Assembly: GCA_001662655.1 (NCBI GenBank)
Contig: KV460211.1
Strand: one strand, 5' to 3'
Length of the DNA stretch: 64,000 nt
Origin: Pseudogymnoascus verrucosus
Taxonomy: Eukaryota
Below are positions 1 to 12,200 of this stretch, piece after piece. The notes below the pieces were generated by a model, which saw only the letters and a program-made list of their open reading frames with translations, was not told the DNA's origin and searched no databases. Made by a program: the position numbers and the translations under genes. Numbering within the stretch: the stretch's first letter is position 1; the number at the start of each line of letters is the position of its first letter.

Positions 1-605
1 TGCGCTTATTGTGCAGATACATTTACAGCAGAACCGCACCGATTTGGCTCTTAAGGAGGTGCTTGCGGCGAAGAAGTGGGCGCAAGATAACTTGTTGATC
101 AATATCGCGGAGTCGTGGGTTGCACTGAGGGTGGTACGTATTTGATAATCCGGCGGTGCTGGTTCAGGAGATTCAAGAAAGTTAACTGATACATCGAATA
201 GGGCGGAGAGAAGTATCAGGAAGCATTCTACGTCTTCGAGGAGATCGCACAAGCCCCTTCAGGAGCAGCAACGCTGGCCCTGCTATCACAAGCCGTTTCC
301 GAGATCCACCTGGGACGCTTCGAGGAGGCCGAGGCCGCACTGAGCCAGGCAATCAAGCAATTCCCCGAGAACGCCGATGTGATCGCGAACATGGCCGTCC
401 TGTCGATTCTGTCTGGGAAAGACCGCAGCGAATACGTGCAGTAAGTTAATAATCTGCCCCCCGTGCTGAAGTCCAAGTCGTTAACTCGTTTATTAGGAGC
501 TTGCAAAAGCTAGACCCCGAACACCCATATATTAAGGGAGTAGAAGAGAAGAGCGACCTCTTTGATAAGGCAGCGTCTAAGTTCGCGGCCAAGGTTGGGG
601 CATGA
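1..605 (+). CDS. SEC28: Coatomer epsilon subunit (COPE/SEC28), 3' portion; gene starts upstream of window; introns 134-201 and 441-496
   Basis: Spliced translation ALIVQIHLQQNRTDLALKEVLAAKKWAQDNLLINIAESWVALRV|GGEKYQEAFYVFEEIAQ...LGRFEEAEAAL...LDPEHPYIKGVEEKSDLFDKAASKFAAKVGA* matches the TPR-like epsilon-COP C-terminus. Confidence 0.88.
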
Positions 606-946
606 TGGGAATGAAATCGGAAAACTGGCGTCACGGTGCAATAGAAATCAATGAATTATCCAGTTAATTAAAAGCGTCCTATTCCATGAGGAAGTCCCCC
701 GCATATGCATGCAGGTCGTCTCTTGAAGGGTTATTGAAAGGCCGCCCGTGGCCCAGGACTCGCCTATTCGCGCCCAGACTAGAGATAATGTGAGAAATTT
801 GTGACTAGTACAGAGCTGAGGCCAATACATACGACACCACATATGATTCCTCTGTCCCGTTCTCGTGCTCCTCTGTAGATAAAAACTCGACAGTTGCCTT
901 TCAGTCCCAGAGATCTCATATCAAAACCTTTCAGTCGCCATTCAAG

Positions 947-1530
947 ATGAGGTTTTCAGTTATCACTCTCGCATGCCTAGCTTTGCTGCTACAGTCTTCT
1001 CGCATCCGGTTACCGATGCCCTTGAGAAGCGCGACGACCACACCTTCAAAACTGTTCTCAAAACAACCTGGACTGATCTTGATGTTGCTGAGAAGGCAAT
1101 CCATAAGTACGATGACGACAACTATGAATTTATTGAAGCTGTCGACACTGCCCCCAAGAATTTACAAAAGAGTGAAAAGGAGGTTAAGGCATCTGGAGCC
1201 CTCAGTAAGGCTGGTGTTGCCGACATCAAGTTGATCTTTCAAGATTTAGTGACTGTGTCCAAGGCTCTACACGATGAGTTGATTGTCAAGAGACCTACGA
1301 TTGAGGCCACCAGGAAATGCAGGTTTATCCGCGTTAAATTGTCGCTGCTCTGGGCTTTCTCGGCCAACCTCGTCAACGCTATCGCTGACAACTCTGAGCC
1401 CAAAATCAAAGACCTCATTAGGGGTTATGCTGGAGACTACCTCGTTAATATTCGAAAAGCTGAATATGGGTTTGATGAATCGAAATGCATCGATGCGACA
1501 TACGACTTGTCGTCGCAGGGTGACCTGTAG
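947..1530 (+). pseudogene. HsbA / cell-wall mannoprotein-like secreted protein with a 1-nt frameshift in the signal peptide (pseudogene or sequencing error)
   Basis: ATG 947 frame gives MRFSVITLACLA; adding one T to the T-run at 982-984 joins it to FAATVFSHPVTDALEKR (signal + Kex2 site) and a helical HsbA-like domain (ASGALS...DELIVKRPTIEA..C) ending at 1530. Confidence 0.65.
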
Positions 1531-2662
1531 CTGGCATATATCAGTCAATTGCTCAGAACAAGATAGAGGACCAACACGACTTGGTGGAGAATCGCAGGGT
1601 CCTGAGATCTAGCAATCAAAGAATCGCCGGTGGCTATGATCTAATGCTACGAGACAACTATATGATATTCTCGGATTTCTTAAGATAGGAGCATCACGCT
1701 TAACTCTATGAAATGCGTATGGACAACCTGCGAATCTGTGAACCCATGAACCCGTGAACCCCTGCTGAAGTTCGGTGTGTGAGCGGTCGAGACCAACAAG
1801 GGATTATTAGTGCTAACGGAACGGCACTTAGATCCGGCCGGTCCCTTGGCGGCCAGTATTGATTTACCACACAACTACAAACCATCACCCACCATCGCCA
1901 CACCACTATCAACAATCATGACGTCAGACATTTTATATGTTCCCCACGGTTGCCCCTCCTTTTTTTTTGCCCATGCGAATCAGCAATGCAATTCTATTGA
2001 ATGCCAATGCAAAGCTACTGTTTTGCCCATATCAGGGCATGCGGCTGTGCACCACACACATACCGGCCCCAGAAGATCGTTCTGGTTCCGTGAATCCCGT
2101 GCTTCCAGTTGGATTTGATTAACCGTCCGGCCGACCCCGCGCCGCCTGTGTGATGTGAGCTCACGATATCTCAGGGCCGTTATACCTTATCAGTCCTCCC
2201 GTGTTTCCTCAAAAACAAACCCTTTGTCGTCATCGAATGCAGAAAGCCACGACGATGCAAGGCGAGAGTACTCACATGGACATGGACATGCAGCTTACCG
2301 CCTCTCCATGACCGAAGCCCATCCTCGTTATCGTCGTGGAGACTCCAATGGGTGGACCCACTAACGGTATCCGACTGGAACCCTCTCGCTATGGGCCAAT
2401 GAAGCGCTGAATCCAGACGTGTGCCTGACTTGGTAAAAAAAATGGCCTTTTGGCGGGCGGTGACGGAAGATTGTCTCATGGTCTATGATATAAGCTAGGG
2501 GTGAGCCACGACAACCCCTCCTCAAACTGCACCCCTAAATCGAAAGATTTTTTTTGAGAACGTTCTGTCCACGGCAACTGTTTGTTGACAAGGAGGACAT
2601 ATACAAGAGGAAATAGAGAGATTTACCGGCAGAGTCCATATTATACCCCGCCAATGCACACG

Positions 2663-3614
2663 ATGCCTTCTGCTCTGACGCCACCGGTTGAGGGCGAGAA
2701 TGAGGATCTCTCCGTCCCCAGAACGAGCTATCAACCTACACAAACTGATGCCGCCAGCAAGAAGCGGAAGGTGATTTGCTTCTCAGGTATGATTTGCCCC
2801 CATGTGCATAGTGCGTGTGGTGGGTATAGCAGCTAACAGCTCCCCAGACTTCGACGGCACGATATTCATGCAAGACACCGGGCACATCCTCTTCGACAGC
2901 CACGGCTGCGGCAGCGAACAGCGCGCCATCCTGGACGAGCAAATCAAATCCGGCGAGCGCTCCTTCCGCGACGTCTCGGAGGAGATGTGGAGTTCCCTCA
3001 ACGTGCCCTTCGAGGACGGCTTCGAGATCATGGAGGAGAAGCTCGAGATGGACCCCGACTTCCGCGAATTCCACAAATACTGCCTCGCCAACAGCATCCC
3101 CTTCTACGTCATCTCCGCCGGCCTGAAACCCGTGCTCCGCGCGGTCCTGGATAAGTTCCTCGGAGAGGAGGAGTCGTCGCATATCAAGATCGTGGCGAAT
3201 GATGCGGAGATTGCAGAGGATGGGTCGGAGTGGAAGCCGATCTGGCGCCATGATACGGAGCTGGGGCATGATAAGGCGCGCTCTATTACCGAGTACCGCG
3301 AGTCGGCTAAGACGGCTGCGTCTACCGACGAGCTGCCGCTGATTGTCTTCATCGGCGATGGTGTCTCAGATCTGCCCGCTGCGCGCGAGGCGGACGTGCT
3401 GTTCGCGCGCAAGGGGCTGAGGCTCGAGGAGTACTGTGTTGAGCACAAGATTCCGTATATCGGGTTTGATACGTTTGCGGATGTGCAGAGGGAGATTGAG
3501 AGTATTACGGAGGATGATGTGAAGAAGACGGGTGGAAAGGGGAAGCCGGCGAGGTTTAACCCGCGTGCGAACTTCTGGAGGAGAGTCTCCAGCCAGCAGT
3601 CGGTTACGAGGTGA
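2663..3614 (+). CDS. HAD-superfamily phosphatase (YNL010W/PYP1-like, MtnX-like); intron 2787-2847; alternative start 2654
   Basis: Splicing restores motif I ICFSDFDGT; also ISAG (motif II), GHDK and FIGDGVSDLPAA (motif IV). Confidence 0.85.
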
Positions 3615-5601
3615 TTGGGAGAGGGATAGACTGGGGGTGGGCGTCGTTAGCGTGGCTGTTTGCTTTGGGCGATGTCTAGATATCAATATATTATATTATA
3701 ATTGCTGTGTAGTTATACTGTATTGTGAGACTCTATAGTTCTCGGAATGCATGTGAGAGGCCTGCCTATACCATTACTTTACCACTAACCAAGTTTTTCA
3801 ACTTACTCTCCCTACAATTCCTCCACTACTCAACTAGGCAAAGAACGGGATGATGACCCAAAGAACTGTCTCACTCGGATGGCTGTGCTACACGCACATG
3901 CGCGAATGCCGCTTGCCTGTCTACATGCATTGAAACCCAAATCTCACGACGAACCCAACGCGGGACGGACGCGCAACGGATAAGGCTGAGCATCCTTGGC
4001 GGCTAGGAAGGAGGTCTAGCAACTCTGGGCAGGTTGAAATAGTACGAGGGATATCGTCATGCGCGGTATAATATCTTCTCTCGCGGTACACCTTGGATGG
4101 AGTTAAGTGCATATAGCCGACTACACCCGTTGGAGTGATATCCGGAATGAGATGTATTTACCATCACAAACCTGATATTGCGGGAAAGCCCGCGCTGTAA
4201 TGCCGGAACGGGATGCATCTTAATATCTCACTCACCTCCACGTCGATATTGCTTTTAGTATTACCCCCCCACATCGATATTACGATTCCTGTCATCTCGC
4301 CGCCGCCGCGGGGACACTGACGCATCACCGTGACACCCGCAACCACGGCCTAGCCGACGGAGGGGAATATATGTGAATAAGACGCATGAATGGCCGGCCC
4401 CCGTCACATGTAGATTTACCTCCTTGTGCCACATCTTCACTAGGAAACGCCATTGGAGCGGGAGGGAAGCTATACCCATGGGCCAATCTTCGGCTAGCCC
4501 TGCGGCAGGGTGGTGTGGTGGTGTGGTGGGAGCGGCGCGTTTGGACGTATGCGGCGGGCTGGGCTGAGACTGAGCTGCAGACAGTGCAGTGCAGTGCGTG
4601 AGAGGGGTGTCTGTCATGTTGTGGTACTGGTGGTCCTTCAGCTTTTGTGAGGCGTGGGGGTATGTGAGATGGAGGAGGGGGTCTGTGGAGTTGTTAGTAT
4701 TTGTTAGAAATGATTATGGGGGTTTTGAATATATAAATATTGTGGTATTGTTAATAGATGTACTGTGGGAAGATGAAGCCTGTAGATAGAGGATTTTCTA
4801 TACCTTCAATGATGTCGATTGCGGGGTAAAAATTTATCTGAGAGCTCCAGATCGTGAATATCCATGGCATCCATGGCGTCCGTCGCTCCGTCGCTTCATC
4901 GCCTCTATTGAAGCTTGTTACTACTAGAACAGTACCATTTCAGTAGTGCTGGTCTAGACTATACTCTTTCCAAAGTGGTATATACCCTTCACAGGCTGAG
5001 TGGAAGACATCGCTGCCGTGCAACCCGCGGAGCCAAGTGTACTCGTCATCATGGCCGAGTCAACGACCAGTCCACGACCAGTCTACCTCCAGGTCCCGCC
5101 GCTGAGATAATCGCAAATAGAGCCAGAATAGGGCAAAATTAGGTCTGAACAGGTCACGGTTGCAAATCCCCACATCGCCGTTACCCACTGTGGTATGTAG
5201 TAGTTGAAGTAGTAGAGCGATTTATTAGTAGAGCAATTTATTAGTGTATGTGGAACTCTAGAGTACCGCCGACCAGAGCACCGACCAACATCCACCACCA
5301 CTACTAACCACTGCCACCCACTACCAACCGCTTCCACCCACCTACCACCCACTACCACCCACCTACCACCCACCATAAGTCGAGTAACGGTGCACTACCA
5401 CCATTCACCCCCCACCACCTAAGCCGGCCCTTCCCCAGGCCGCCAATCACACCCTCTTCCCCAACTGCCAATGCGCAAATAGCTCACACGCTCAACGTCA
5501 GCTCTCCCTACCACCCTCCCCCAATTCAAGATCGGCGGGTAGAGCCACTGTGTAGTACCTTGGCCTTTTATGAGGGGCCAAGAATACTTAAATCGATAGC
5601 A

Positions 5602-8600
5602 ATGGTTCGCATCATCCCCTCTCGCCTGAAATCATATACTGGCGGAGGAGGTTCAGGTTCAGGAACAGCAACCCCAAACACCAACAGCAACAACAGCTCC
5701 GTCGCCAACAGCACCTGTGCTCCCGCCGCGTCCCAGAAATCAAACATGCACGGCAAACGCGATGCCAGTCCCGCCGGAGGTCCGGCCAATGGCCTCATGC
5801 TGAGGATCGTGGTATTGAGGGTATGTCCGTCTTGTCGAGGGTTGGCGTTTTGGGGGTTGGAGGAGCCAAGGAACTGACAATATTGGCTTTCCAGGGCAAG
5901 AATCTCGCCGCCAAGGACAAGAACGGTACTTCTGATCCGGTAAGTGATAGCTCCGTGGAGATGGCCACGATGGCAGGACACGAAGCTGACGGACTTATTT
6001 ACAGTTCCTGGTCATCTCGCTGGGCGATACTAGAGATACGACGCAGTATGTGCCGAAGACTCTCAACCCCGAATGGAACCACCTGTGCGACATGCCTGTC
6101 TCCAGCATCAAGGACCTCCTGCTCGACGTTGTGTGCTGGGACAAGGATAGGTTCGGGAAGGACTATATGGGGGAGTTTGAGGTGGCATTGGAGGATATAT
6201 TTGCTAATGGCAAGGTTTCACAAGAGGCGCAGTGGTATCCGCTGAAGAGCAAAAGGGGTGGCAGTAGGAGGAAGGAGAAGAAAGATAGCAATATCTCCGG
6301 GGAGGTACAACTTCAATTCAAGCTATACGACTCGTCGACCCCCGGGGCTTCACCACCCCAGGTCATGGAGAAATTCTGGGCTATTGCTGGGATCGAAAAC
6401 GATAACCTTACAACCACCAAGTCAGGCAGTGATGATGCCAGCCCTACGGGTGACGAGGATGACGACGACGAAGATGAAGAGCGAAGCGGCTCGGCCGACG
6501 AGGTCGACGAGGTTGACGACCCTTCGAAGCCGGAAACGGTGGAGAAGAAGAGGAGGCGGAAGAGGATAAGAGGGCTGAAGAAAAGGAAAGCACACCAGCT
6601 ATACGAGTTTGTTGGAGCGAGCAGTGTGACTGGGATCATATTCTTGGAAATCTCGGGCGTTACTGACCTGCCCCCGGAACGGAACGTGACAAGGACCTCA
6701 TTTGACATGGATCCCTTCGTCGTTGCGTCGCTGGGTAGGAAGACTTACAGAACCCGAGTGGTCCGCCATAAGCTTAACCCTGTCTTTAACGAAAAGATGA
6801 TATTCCAGGTTCTCCGACACGAACAGGCATACTCGATATCCTTCTCGGTTGTCGACCGCGACAAGCTCTCCGGCAACGATTTCATATGTGCGGCCAGCGT
6901 ACCGATTCAAGATATCACAAGCACAGGCCCCAAGGCCGACCCGGACACCGGACTTTATGACCTACCGGATCTGCCGGACTCTGGATCAGTGCCAAAGGCG
7001 CCCAGCAAATCAAGGTTCAAGATTGCTCTATCAAGGTCGACTTCGTCACAGAGCCTGAATAAGCAAGGTAGACCGCCGTTGTCCTCGAAACCCTCGACCC
7101 AAGGCAGCGTGACTGGTGAAGGCATTCCTCAAGTCGGAGCTAACCTAACTCCTGAAGCAATTCCACCTAGTACCCTGGAGCAAACCGACAGTACCGACGA
7201 GAGAGGAGACCCTGACCTACATACGTTCCACATCCCGCTCAAGCTCAAGAACATGGAGAAGTGGGAGGAAAAGCACAAGCCGGAATTACACCTCAAGGCG
7301 AAATACCTACCATATACGGCTCTGAGGCAACAGTTTTGGCGCTCGATGCTCAGGCAATACGATGTCGATGATAGTGGCAGCATTAGCAAGGTCGAGCTCA
7401 CCACCATGCTTGATACGCTTGGCTCGACGCTTAAGGAGTCAACTATTGATAAGTTCTTCAAGAGGTTCCCTCACATGCTAAATGATGAAGAGGGCATGCT
7501 CTCTTACGACGAGGCGGTGATCTGCTTAGAGGACCAACTCGAAATGAAGAGCAAGCAGAGCCAATCCGCGACCGACAAGGTTCGCGAACAGATCCAACAG
7601 CGCCTCGGCCGAAGCGCTGCCTCGTCAAGTCTGTCATTGCCGGTAACGCAGGGAGAGTCAGAGGCGACGCTCTCAGAAGAGGCTGATGCAGCAGAGCTTA
7701 GTAACGCGGAGATCGGCACACCTCTTGAAGAGGGCGAATTCAGCAATTCGTACGATCTGTACGATAAAGATGAAGAGCACGTTGTGGAGATTAAGGAGTG
7801 TCCTATTTGTCACCAGCCCCGTCTTAACAGGCGGTCCGATGCCGATATTATCACACATATTGCTACCTGTGCAAGCCAGGATTGGCGACAGGTCAATAAT
7901 ATTGTCATGGCGGGCTTTGTCACGTCAAGCCAGGCCCAGCGGAAGTGGTACTCCAAGGTTATCACTAAGATCTCGTACGGTGGGTATAAGCTTGGTGCGA
8001 ATTCGGCGAATATTCTTGTGCAGGACCGCATTACTGGACATATCAATGAAGAGCGGATGAGTATATATGTACGACTTGGGATTCGACTGCTGTACAAAGG
8101 CCTCAAGTCGAGGGAAATGGAGAAGAAGAGAAGTATGTATTGGACATTACCCCTTAAATGATTATCAACAATGCTAACATCTCCCAGTTCGCAAGCTCCT
8201 GCGTGGCCTCAGCGTCAAGCAGGGTGTCAAATACGACGACCCTGCTTCAAAGAACGAGATCCCCAAGTTCATCGCCTTCCATCAACTCGACATGTCCGAG
8301 GTGCTCTACCCAATCGAAGACTTCAAGAACTTCAACGAATTCTTCTACCGCGAGCTCAAGCCCAACGCGCGCCCCTGCTCCGCGCCCGACAACCCGCGCA
8401 TCATTGTCTCCCCGGCTGACTGCCGCTCTGTCGTCTTCAACCAGATGGACACCGCCACCAAGATCTGGGTCAAGGGGCGCGAATTCTCCATCAAGCGTCT
8501 TTTGGGGAATGCTTACCCCGAAGACGTGGAGCGCTACACCAATGGCGCGCTGGGTATCTTTAGACTGGCGCCCCAAGATTACCATCGCTTCCATATCCCC

Positions 8601-9200
8601 GTCGATGGAGTGATGGGCACACCCAAGACCATCGAGGGAGAGTACTACACCGTCAACCCCATGGCGATCCGCTCGCAACTCGATGTCTACGGCGAGAACG
8701 TACGCGTCGTCGTGCCTATTGACTCCGTGGCTCACGGCCGCGTCATGGTCATTTGCGTCGGTGCCATGATGGTAGGCAGCACAGTCATCACTCGCAAGCA
8801 GGGAGAGACAGTCAAGCGTGCCGAGGAACTGGGATACTTCAAGTTCGGCGGCAGCACGCTGCTCGTCCTCTTCGAGCCGGGTGCAATGCGCTTCGACGAC
8901 GACCTCGTGGATAATTCCAACGGGGCGCTGGAGACACTGGTATGTCACCCTTCACCCCCTTACTATATACAAGTGAAGAGACTAACAACCCCCCAGGTCC
9001 GCGTCGGCATGTCCATCGGCCACCACCCGCAACAAGACCAACACACCCCCGACATGCGCAAGCCCGACGCCGAGATCTCCGAGAAAGACCGCGCCGACGC
9101 ACAGCGCCGCATCGAGGGGAGTCTGGCACCCGACCGCGTCGTCAATGGCGCGGCGGACCTACTGCCGGCGGCGCTGCAGAAGCCGCCAGGGGCGTACTAG
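5602..9200 (+). CDS. PSD2: Phosphatidylserine decarboxylase 2 (two C2 domains, EF-hand, PSD domain); introns 5821-5894, 5940-6004, 8133-8187, 8940-8996
   Basis: C2 motifs NLAAKDKNGTSDP / FDMDPFVV; FKNFNEFFYRELKP, SPADCR, RLAPQDYHRFH and the pyruvoyl self-cleavage motif FKFGGST. Confidence 0.95.
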
Positions 9201-12200
9201 ATGAGCGCCTCCTGGCTATTGAGGAAAAAAGAGCAGAGAGAGAAGGAGTATGAGGAAGGCATAGGCAGGACCTGTGCTGGCGACCACACACGGCGAATGG
9301 GATGGGAATGATGTATGTACGTGCGCACGCGATTTCAACATCGGAGATGATTTCAACAATGGGCACAGGCGGGACGGGAACAAAACAAAAAAGAGATTTT
9401 TTACATAAAAATAAACGGGGCTTCCATTCCTTACTATTTTATTTAGGGCTCTTTCGGGTTGCGTTGGATGGGGTTTGTAGAAAGGGGGAAAAGGAACATA
9501 CATGGGCGCGCCTGTCTGAGAAGGGGAAGATATATACGAGGGCATGGCGGCGCGGGGGAGGAATGGGGGGGAGGATTTGGTTTTTGTTAGCAGTATATTC
9601 TTCGTGTCGTTTCAGAGCAGAGCAGCGCAGAGCAGAGCATGTTTTTTTGATAGCAGAGCAAGCAGGCAGTAGCGATGAATTGGATTGGCACATTTTTCAA
9701 CTTTGCAAAAAAAGCTTCTGAGCAAACAAACATACCTGATAAAGCTACCTTGTAAGCCTCGTAAGCCTCGCAAACCTCACAAGCCTATCGCAAACCCATC
9801 TACTTCGGAAACTTCCTTCGCAAGCCTATCTACTTCGGAAAACCTACCTTGCCTCCCGCAGCTCTCTCCCATCATCTGTCACCCCTGAGCGCCTCACTCC
9901 CCGGAGCTACCTCCGCAAACAGCTCATTCGAGACAAAAAATCACTTGGCACCCACCTGCCGACGCACAGCTCAATTCTTGTGACAAATTATTGGGGGCCA
10001 TCACCCCCTTGGCGCAGCTTAATCCCCCATCCCCCTTGAATCCCACGATCCCGAAGACCAGGCAAGCCTCACCACACAATCTCACTACTGCACCCCCATC
10101 CCCCCTTCCCAAATGCCGCCGCGCAACTCTCGGGGGGGGAGTGGGTGTGATCCAAAAAAAAACTGCAACCAGCAGCGCACGGCCTCCATTCCCGTCGCCC
10201 GTCCTTCTCGATCCCTGGGAATAGCCACCGACGGCCAGCTGGGTGGTATCGTAGTGGCAGGTGGTAGTGGACAAGCCCACTTTCTCGGGGGCACGGCACC
10301 CCAACACCAGGCCCGCCGGCGTGGCTTGGCCGGCACCCGTTACCCGGAGTAAGGAGGTGGGTGGTAAGGGCGGACTACGCTACGCCTACGCTACGAACGG
10401 GGCCAAACAAGCAGCGCTCCTGCACGGTATGGGGGGCTCGTCACACACCGAGCCCGCCGGCGAAGGAATCGCATCGTGCTTGCGTCCGCCTGCGCGTCCA
10501 GTGGCGTTGGTTCGGGGCGGGGGCGAAAGGGGGGGCAAGGCTCACATGATGGATGCTGGGTCGCGACGCGGTGGCGGTCGAATGCGCGTTGTGGTTTTTG
10601 GCGCGGACTCCGCGGACGCTGCGAACACCTGGGAGGCAGGGGGACCAATGGCGAGGGGAGCGCACACCATCAAAAGAAAAAGCACATCACACCGCCGGCG
10701 CCGGCGCCACTGGGGCGCCGAAACAAGGTGTCTCACTCGCAAACCATTGTCATAAGTGCGCGGCGATTGGCCGCGTCGGTGCGGGCTGGAAACGTGGCAA
10801 GGGGAGGGAGAGAGAGGGAGAGACAGGCCAGTTCTAATCCCTCTATCCCCCATCCGGCCCCTACAATACACCCACCGTCCCCCGCCAAGACGCGACCACG
10901 TGCCGCGCGCCAATCCCGTCCCAGCTTCCCCCGGCGTGGGAATCCGTAGCGCTTGGTCCTTTGTCTCAAGGTCATATCCGGGAGGTGCTGATGTCGCATC
11001 GCGCGGGAGGGCGTGAATAAGGGGCGAGGGGGAAGACGGGATTGGGGGACGGGGGTTGCGTGTCTCAGCCCGAAGGAATCGTTCGCTCGCCTCTTTTTTC
11101 CGTCCGCAGGCCGTGCTCCAAGGGTGTGCCGAGACGGTGGTCGTGGTTGCAGATCGAGATCCGATCTTGATCGCGGGCCGGGTGGGTGCCAGAGGTGCTG
11201 GTCGGGAGTTTGCCGGGTGCTGGGGCTCGAGAGTGAGGGTGAGCGCGGGATTAGAGGGTTGGGCGCGGGATGGGGTGTGCATCCGCGGGATGAGTGGTAA
11301 TCAAAAATGCCCCTTTTCGGTGCTATTGTTAGGAAGGAAAGAGATGAGATGGTTAGGGGACTGTACTCTGTGCTCGCTCGTCGTTCGTAGAGTATACATT
11401 GGAGCAGATGACGCATGTGCGATATTGGGCTTCTGTGCGTCTCCGTCTGTCTCACAGAATCGGACTGGAGGTACGTTCTCCGCATGTGCGGCACGGTACG
11501 CACTATAACTGTATGTACGTACGGAATATTGTACAGCACAGTACATACTGTACATAACTGTATGTCTATCGGGGAGCACAGCGCACCCCAGGGCACTCCC
11601 CCTTCTCCCCCTTCGCTGTGAAACCCTTGCACAATGGTACGCCACTGTTATGCCCAGTATTTGTAAGTCGGGAACGTGTGTGTCCCGGTGAGTTAGAGTG
11701 CTGTGCGCGCTGTACAGTGTACTCATCTGCAAATATACAGCGCAATATGTACGGTAAATGTACCAAAGTCTGGTAAGCCCAGCGATTCGCAAATCGCCCG
11801 CCGTGCCGGGAGGGGAGTTACGTACAAGCCCGCCAGCCCTCCGCAGACCCACTCCCCATCTCCAGAACATCCCCGCTGCCTCGTGGTGCGGAAACCGGGC
11901 GTTGCACACCCAATCTCGCCCGCCGCGCGCCCCTTTTTAGGCTCTGGGTTTCGGCGGTCCCGCCATGTGCGCACGATCACACTGGGGAGGGGGTATCCCA
12001 AGGATCTGTTAATTTGCGGCCGACGCCTCTTTTGCTTCTTTGCCGGTAGAGGGAGCGGGCGGGGGGGTCTGTGAGCTTCGATCCTGGCCTAGTGTGCTTC
12101 ACTGAGATACTCTGTGCAGGAATTGCGCGTATACTTTCCGTTTGCCCTTTTGCTTCTTGCCGCGGGTTGCAGGATCATATCCCACGTACTCAATCTTGCA

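Noticed and set aside
826..845. ACATACGAC resembling a fungal 5S rRNA 5' end
   Set aside because: Similarity stops after 9 nt; no internal control boxes
5283..5420. CCACC/CTACC repeats upstream of PSD2
   Set aside because: Ordinary low-complexity promoter microsatellite
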